A DNA stretch of 64,000 nt from an uncultured Candidatus Saccharibacteria bacterium (GTDB lineage: Bacteria; Patescibacteriota; Saccharimonadia; CAILAD01; GCA-016700035), in NCBI GenBank assembly GCA_964583675.1, contig CAZOVH010000002.1:2602-66601 (forward strand), given 5' to 3'. Positions 58,897 through 64,000 of the stretch are shown piece after piece. The notes under the pieces were generated by a model. It did no database searches. It had not been told where the DNA came from and saw nothing but the letters and a program-made list of their open reading frames with translations. The position numbers and the translations under genes are program-made. Every line of letters begins with the position of its first letter. The first letter of the stretch is position 1.

Positions 58897-59873
58897 ACTA
58901 AGCCGTTCACCTCAGCTAGCTGGTCCTTATTACCCAGTACAATGAGTGTATCGCCAGCGTAAATAACTTCGTGCCCAGAAGGATTCACTTTACTGAGTCC
59001 ATCCGCTGAGTTCATCGCCAATACAGTTGCACCTAATTTATTCGCATACATATGGCTCAGCTGCTTGCCAGCCAAAGCACTGTGCTCATCAATTTTTATT
59101 TCCTGCACTGCAAGCTCACTGTTATTATTTGTAGCCAAAATTTCTAAGAAATCCACAACACTTGGACGAGTTAGGGTTGTTGCCATGTGATAGGCGCCAA
59201 TTTGATATGGCATGGTGGTACGGTCGGCACCGGCCCGCAACATTCTGTCGCGGTTCTCGTCGCGATTTACACGCGCCACGATGAAGATATTTGGATTGAG
59301 CTGCCGACTAGCGAGTACGATAAATAAATTCGCACTATCAGAGCCTAATGATGCCACAATCCCCTTCGCGCGCTCGATGCCACAACTTTTAAGTACTTCT
59401 TCTTTGGTTGTGTCGCCAACTATAGCTGTGTACCCCTTGGCAATCATTGCCTTGACGCGTTCTTCATCCTTATCAACGCACACAAATGGTACGCCGTCAT
59501 CGGCTAGCTCTTCAGCTACCTGAGAGCCAACTCGACCGAGGCCACAAATAATGTAGTGATTATGGATTTTTGCTGTGATTCTTTTCATATGCTTCCGACG
59601 TAAACCATCGCCTAAACTCACTATATAGTCCGCCAGCACTTTGAGCAAATAGGCCACAACAACAAAGGAGCTTAAAACCAGGAAGAGAACCATCCACCGA
59701 CTTTGCGGATCCTTAAAGCCATAATGATCAAAGTGCGATAGAAGAATAAGCACTGTCTCATAAAGCGCCTCAGTAAATGAAAGGCCTGCAGTCGACATAA
59801 ACGTAACCGTTCCCAACAAAATGAGCCCAAGAGTTACCAATACAATATTACGAAGGAGTCGCCGGTCTAACAC
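58893..59873 (-). CDS. 2-TM RCK-gated channel (MthK/TrkA-N/C type) with atypical pore
   Basis: Two TMs and pore helix, HYIICGLGRVG RCK-N, RCK-C. Confidence 0.88.
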   Translation of the reverse strand: MLDRRLLRNIVLVTLGLILLGTVTFMSTAGLSFTEALYETVLILLSHFDHYGFKDPQSRWMVLFLVLSSFVVVAYLLKVLADYIVSLGDGLRRKHMKRITAKIHNHYIICGLGRVGSQVAEELADDGVPFVCVDKDEERVKAMIAKGYTAIVGDTTKEEVLKSCGIERAKGIVASLGSDSANLFIVLASRQLNPNIFIVARVNRDENRDRMLRAGADRTTMPYQIGAYHMATTLTRPSVVDFLEILATNNNSELAVQEIKIDEHSALAGKQLSHMYANKLGATVLAMNSADGLSKVNPSGHEVIYAGDTLIVLGNKDQLAEVNGLV

Positions 59874-59930
59874 GCTAAAATCTTTTTTATCATAACCATT
59901 ATACGGGTTTTTGTCGCCAGAAGCAGTACT

Positions 59931-59961
59931 AAAAAAAGAGGTCCACGCGGGCCTCTTTTTT
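59931..59961 (-). terminator. intrinsic terminator after rpsI
   Basis: A7-GAGGTCC-ACGC-GGGCCTC-T6. Confidence 0.8.
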
Positions 59962-59965
59962 GAAC

Positions 59966-60364
59966 TTAACGCTTTGAGAACTGTGGAGCTTTTCGAGCCT
60001 TCTTAAGGCCGTATTTCTTGCGCTCTTTTTCGCGCGGATCGCGAGTGAGAAGCCCAGCTTTTTTCAGGGTAAGCTTAAAATCTTCACTCATTTCAACAAG
60101 TGCACGCGCAATGCCAAGACGAATGGCGTCAACCTGACCGCGCTTACCGCCACCTTCAACACGCACCACTGCATCTAAGGCTCCAGCCTTACTAACAAGC
60201 TCTAAAGGAGCTGCGATGAGCTTAGAAAGTGCCGTATTATTAAAGTACTCGCCCGATGGCTGACCATTCACAGTTATTACACCCTTGCCGTCCATTAAAC
60301 GCACAGTTGCTACTGCAGTTTTGCGTCGCCCAACGGCGTAGTAGTAGTTCTTCTTTTCTGCCAT
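59966..60364 (-). CDS. rpsI: 30S ribosomal protein S9
   Basis: GRRKTAVA..KERKKYG..QFSKR. Confidence 0.98.
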   Translation of the reverse strand: MAEKKNYYYAVGRRKTAVATVRLMDGKGVITVNGQPSGEYFNNTALSKLIAAPLELVSKAGALDAVVRVEGGGKRGQVDAIRLGIARALVEMSEDFKLTLKKAGLLTRDPREKERKKYGLKKARKAPQFSKR

Positions 60365-60804
60365 TATTTCACCTTCAATTCCTTAGGCTGCTGTGGTGCA
60401 TGTGGGTGCTCGGTGCCAGGATATACATGCAATCGACCCATCATGTGTCGAGCTAGTTTGTTTTTAGGAAGCATGCCACGAACCGCATGCTCAATAACGC
60501 GACGCGGATCTTTTTCAAGTTGCTCTTCCAAAGTAGTCTCAGTCAAGCCACCTGGATAACCGCTATGACGGTAATACTTCTTATCGGTCATCTTGGCGCC
60601 TGTTACAGCAATTTTTTTTGCATTAAGCACAATAATACTGTCGCCAGTGAGAACATGAGGGCTGTACTGCGGCTTGTCTTTGCCAGTTAACTTAGTGGCG
60701 ATGATAGTAGCTAAGCGACCCAGAACTACATCGCTGGCATCGATGACGTACCAATCGGATGAAACTTCACCAACCTTAGCCTGATATGTTCGTGTAGTGG
60801 TCAT
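60364..60804 (-). CDS. rplM: 50S ribosomal protein L13
   Basis: WYVIDA..LGRLA, YYRHSGYPGG, VRGMLPKN. Confidence 0.98.
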   Translation of the reverse strand: MTTTRTYQAKVGEVSSDWYVIDASDVVLGRLATIIATKLTGKDKPQYSPHVLTGDSIIVLNAKKIAVTGAKMTDKKYYRHSGYPGGLTETTLEEQLEKDPRRVIEHAVRGMLPKNKLARHMMGRLHVYPGTEHPHAPQQPKELKVK

Positions 60805-61259
60805 TACTTAGTCCCCTTTTCTTGCTTTGCGGGCTTCTTAGCGGCTTGAGCTTCGCTAGCTTTAGTTTCCTGAAGCTTTTTGAGCTTGTCTTCAAAGTCT
60901 GTATCTAATACTAGTTCTACAAGCACCATCTCTGCAGCATCACCTCGACGCCATCCTGTTTTCGTAAGACGAGTGTAACCAGAGTTGCGACTCTCAAAAC
61001 CATGCACCAATTCTTGGATCATCTTATCGGCTGCAACCTTAGAGCCGAGCTCAGCGTGGATGGTACGAATGTCGTGCAGACTCCCTCGCTTGGCCTTAGT
61101 TACCAACTTATCAAAAGCTGGCTTGACAGCCTTGGCCTTAGCCTCGGTTGTCTCGATGCGTTCATACAAAACCAATGATTCGAGAAGACCTTTCATAACG
61201 GCCTTGCGCGGTCCAATCTTGCGAGACAGCTTTGATGTTGTGTGGTAGTGAGCGTGCAT
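60804..61259 (-). CDS. rplQ: 50S ribosomal protein L17
   Basis: ERIETTEAKAK, SGYTR, RRGDAAEM. Confidence 0.96.
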   Translation of the reverse strand: MHAHYHTTSKLSRKIGPRKAVMKGLLESLVLYERIETTEAKAKAVKPAFDKLVTKAKRGSLHDIRTIHAELGSKVAADKMIQELVHGFESRNSGYTRLTKTGWRRGDAAEMVLVELVLDTDFEDKLKKLQETKASEAQAAKKPAKQEKGTK

Positions 61260-61279
61260 AATAAATTCCTTGGCGGCTT

Positions 61280-62218
61280 TTAGGTAAGCTTAATGCCAAT
61301 CTCCTCGAGTTTTTCCAATACTTCTTCAAAAGCCTTCTGGCCAAATCCCTTGAGAGACTTCAGCTCCATCTTGGTAAGCTGACTCAAGTCGCCAACAGTT
61401 GCGATGTCGTTATTGATTAGGGCATTTGTAGTGCGCTGAGAGAGTGAAAGCTCCTCAATCGCTACGGCACCATGTTCCGCTTCAGCCTTAGCCTCGGCGG
61501 TCATAATACCTTCAGCCCCAACAGATACTACATCCATTCCAGCAATTACCTGGAAGTGACCAACTAGGATTTCACCAGCCTGACGCATTGCAGCCTCCGG
61601 AGTAATCGACCCATCGGTCTCGACTTCCATCACAAGACTATCGAGGTTTGTCATCTGACCAACACGAGTGTTCTCAATATTGAAGCGTACGCGCTTGATT
61701 GGAGTATAAATAGCGTCAACCGCAATCCAACCTACTGGAAGACTATCTGCCTGGCGAGTTTCAACTGGGCTATACCCACGTCCCTGCTCAACCTTAAATT
61801 CAATCTCGAGCTTTGTTTTAGCATTGTCGATTGTGCAGAGCTCGAGGCTCTTATTCACAACTTCCATATCGCCCGTAGTCTTGATGTCGCCCGCAGTAAC
61901 CACTCCTTTGCCACTCTTGGAGAGTGTCATGGTGGCTGGTTCTGTGCCGGTGTAACTTACCTTTAGCTGCTTGATATTTAGAATAAGATTAATTACATCT
62001 TCCTGAATGCCATCAATAGTGGTGAATTCATGATCTACACCTTCAATGCGGACTGCAGTCACTGCAGAACCAGCGAGGCTAGAAAGAATAACACGACGCA
62101 TCGAGTTACCGATGGTCATACCGTAACCTGGGTATAGCGGAGCAATCGTAAAGCGACTAGTGCTTTCGTTTACTTGCTCTTCTTTCATTTCTGGAAGGTT
62201 GATATCGTATAAGGCCAT
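61280..62218 (-). CDS. rpoA: RNA polymerase alpha subunit
   Basis: PLYPGYGMTIGNSMRR, HEF, GRGY, alpha-CTD. Confidence 0.98.
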   Translation of the reverse strand: MALYDINLPEMKEEQVNESTSRFTIAPLYPGYGMTIGNSMRRVILSSLAGSAVTAVRIEGVDHEFTTIDGIQEDVINLILNIKQLKVSYTGTEPATMTLSKSGKGVVTAGDIKTTGDMEVVNKSLELCTIDNAKTKLEIEFKVEQGRGYSPVETRQADSLPVGWIAVDAIYTPIKRVRFNIENTRVGQMTNLDSLVMEVETDGSITPEAAMRQAGEILVGHFQVIAGMDVVSVGAEGIMTAEAKAEAEHGAVAIEELSLSQRTTNALINNDIATVGDLSQLTKMELKSLKGFGQKAFEEVLEKLEEIGIKLT

Positions 62219-62240
62219 GATGACTCCTCTTATTACTTAC

Positions 62241-62858
62241 TTAGCGCGAGTAGAACTCGATGATTAATTGCTCTTCAATGAAATTGTCACTATCTTCACG
62301 AACTGGTTGACCCGTGACAGTGCCTACCATTTTCTTTGCATCTAGCTTGAGCCAGCTTGGCATCTCGCGAGCGTCATTCTTAAGCTGCTCAGCCAATTCT
62401 GCAAACAAAGCTTTCTTCTTGCTAGACTCTTTAATGGTAATGATGTCACCAGCTTTAACCTGAATGGATGGCACATCAACCTTTTTATCGTTAAGGCGAA
62501 TATGCGCATGAGTTACCATTTGGCGTGCTGCCTGACGTGATGGCGCAAGACCCAAACGATATACTACATTATCGAGGCGCTGCTCCAAAAGACGGAGCAG
62601 ATTTTCACCAGAGACACCTTCACGGCGCTCAGCTTCACCAACGTAACGACGGAATTGTTTTTCCATCACGCCATATAATCGCTTTACCTTCTGCTTTTCA
62701 CGCAGCTGCACCGCATAGTCTGATGGCTTTGGTCGACGAGCCTGTCCGTGCTGGCCTGGAGCAAAGTTACGCTTAGCGAGAGCTTTTGCAGCCTTTGGGT
62801 GCAGCTGAACACCTTCACGGCGAGATAGTTTACTAATTGGAGTAAGATTACGTGCCAT
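62241..62858 (-). CDS. rpsD: 30S ribosomal protein S4
   Basis: PGQHG, QLREKQK, RLDNVVYRLG, IIEFYSR. Confidence 0.98.
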   Translation of the reverse strand: MARNLTPISKLSRREGVQLHPKAAKALAKRNFAPGQHGQARRPKPSDYAVQLREKQKVKRLYGVMEKQFRRYVGEAERREGVSGENLLRLLEQRLDNVVYRLGLAPSRQAARQMVTHAHIRLNDKKVDVPSIQVKAGDIITIKESSKKKALFAELAEQLKNDAREMPSWLKLDAKKMVGTVTGQPVREDSDNFIEEQLIIEFYSR

Positions 62859-62860
62859 GA

Positions 62861-63253
62861 TTAATTCCTCTTTGCCTTACGTGGACGGCAGCCATTGTGT
62901 GGCACACCAGTAATATCGCGAATTGAAGTAACACCTACGCCAGTGTTCTGTAGCGCACGAATGGCGCTTTCTCGACCAGAACCAATGCCCTGTACGATAA
63001 CCGATACTTGCTTCAAGCCAAAGTCCTTAGCCTTCTCGAGTGCTTTTTCTGTAGCAATTTGAGCCGCATATGGAGTACTTTTACGTGAACCCTTAAATCC
63101 AGCCGACCCAGAAGAAGCCCAGCTTACCACATTACCTGTCTCATCGGTAACACTAATAATAGTGTTATTAAATGTAGACTGAATGTGCACCTGTCCCTTA
63201 GGGAGATTGCGCTTGATCTTACGACGTCGAGTTTTTGCTTTCGCTTGTGCCAT
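62861..63253 (-). CDS. rpsK: 30S ribosomal protein S11
   Basis: [27 protein letters not shown]. Confidence 0.98.
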   Translation of the reverse strand: MAQAKAKTRRRKIKRNLPKGQVHIQSTFNNTIISVTDETGNVVSWASSGSAGFKGSRKSTPYAAQIATEKALEKAKDFGLKQVSVIVQGIGSGRESAIRALQNTGVGVTSIRDITGVPHNGCRPRKAKRN

Positions 63254-63280
63254 GATATTCCGTTTCCTCTAGTCTTACCG

Positions 63281-63667
63281 CTACGTCTTAGACGCTGCCT
63301 TCTTACGTCCTGAACCCTGAGTCTGCTTGCGCCCTCGGCGGGTTCGTCCATTTGTTTTTGTACGCTGACCGCGACTTGGCAGTCCAGCATTGTGACGTAG
63401 GCCACGATAGGCCTTAATCTCTTTGAGACGCTTGATGTTAAGCATTACCTTACGAGCAAGATCGGCTTCCACTTCGTAGTTCACATCGATTTCGTTACGT
63501 AAAGCAGTTAGTTCTGCTTCTGTTAAATCCTTCACGCGTGTGTCGGGATTAATCTTGGTATTTTCCAAAATCTTATGACTTGAAGTCAGCCCAATACCTT
63601 GCACATATGTCAAAGCAATCTCGATGCGCTTTTCATTTGGAATGTTTGTACCTGCAATACGTGCCAT
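63281..63667 (-). CDS. rpsM: 30S ribosomal protein S13
   Basis: [24 protein letters not shown]. Confidence 0.98.
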   Translation of the reverse strand: MARIAGTNIPNEKRIEIALTYVQGIGLTSSHKILENTKINPDTRVKDLTEAELTALRNEIDVNYEVEADLARKVMLNIKRLKEIKAYRGLRHNAGLPSRGQRTKTNGRTRRGRKQTQGSGRKKAASKT

Positions 63668-63669
63668 AT

Positions 63670-63783
63670 CTATCCCTGCCGCTGCTTATGTTTAGGATTT
63701 TCACAGATAACCCGCACTACACCTTTACGGCGTACTACTTTGCACTTGGCGCACATTGGCTTAACTCCTGCTCGTACTTTCAC
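63670..63783 (-). CDS. rpmJ: 50S ribosomal protein L36
   Basis: GTG start, [37 protein letters not shown] (below the ORF-track cutoff). Confidence 0.97.
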   Translation of the reverse strand: MKVRAGVKPMCAKCKVVRRKGVVRVICENPKHKQRQG

Positions 63784-63810
63784 GGGTATCTGTTCTTTCC
63801 TTAATTTCGC

Positions 63811-64000
63811 TTATCTGTGCCGATACGTAATTCTTCCCTTATTGAGATCGTATGGTGTCATTTCAATAGTCACCTTATCTCCAGGAAGAATTTTTATATA
63901 ATGCATCCGCATCTTACCCGATACATGAGCAAGAACAACATGACCATTCTCGAGCTCGACCTTAAAGGTCACATTTGGGAGCGCTTCGAGAACAGTCCCT
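63811..64000 (-). CDS. infA: translation initiation factor IF-1 (5' end outside window)
   Basis: [45 protein letters not shown]. Confidence 0.96.
   Translation of the reverse strand, partial: GTVLEALPNVTFKVELENGHVVLAHVSGKMRMHYIKILPGDKVTIEMTPYDLNKGRITYRHR

Noticed and set aside
5794-63901. Numerous short ORFs overlapping conserved genes on other frames
   Set aside because: Shadow ORFs with no motifs or initiation signals.
1-64000. Alternative genetic code (UGA=Gly) as in Gracilibacteria/Absconditabacteria
   Set aside because: Conserved genes are full length under code 11 and several end in TGA.

Overview
This is a chromosomal segment of a small-genome bacterium that looks like Patescibacteria/CPR (Saccharibacteria-like), using standard code 11. 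The taxonomy is inferred from gene content: a minimal dcw cluster, a short non-discriminating AspRS next to scpAB, homodimeric GlyRS, and a dprA-topA-sigma4/HARE-HTH-VirD4-like block. Core content includes tRNA modification genes, aspS-scpAB-rluB-dacA-der-pth, the dcw cluster, glyS-recO, SOD/peroxiredoxin, two PAS histidine kinases, four tRNAs, and the infA-rpmJ-rpsMKD-rpoA-rplQ-rplM-rpsI end of the ribosomal operon. An 11.3 kb element (45210-56525) is integrated at the CCA end of tRNA-Tyr. It encodes a large serine recombinase, a primase-helicase and mostly membrane or secreted cargo. Its attachment site lies inside the 3' end of the recombinase gene, so excision would swap the enzyme's C-terminal tail. 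The end of a second element with the same att geometry sits at 1330-1445, followed by palindromic tRNA-tail repeats. Other highlights are a promoter/terminator-bounded structured antisense RNA overlapping a 38-aa hydrophobic uORF ahead of dprA, pseudoknot-like leaders in the element, a Glu-for-Asp pseudo two-component pair, a K+ channel homolog without TVGYG, a dif-like site and a dcw micropeptide. All calls are by eye; no searches or computations were run.
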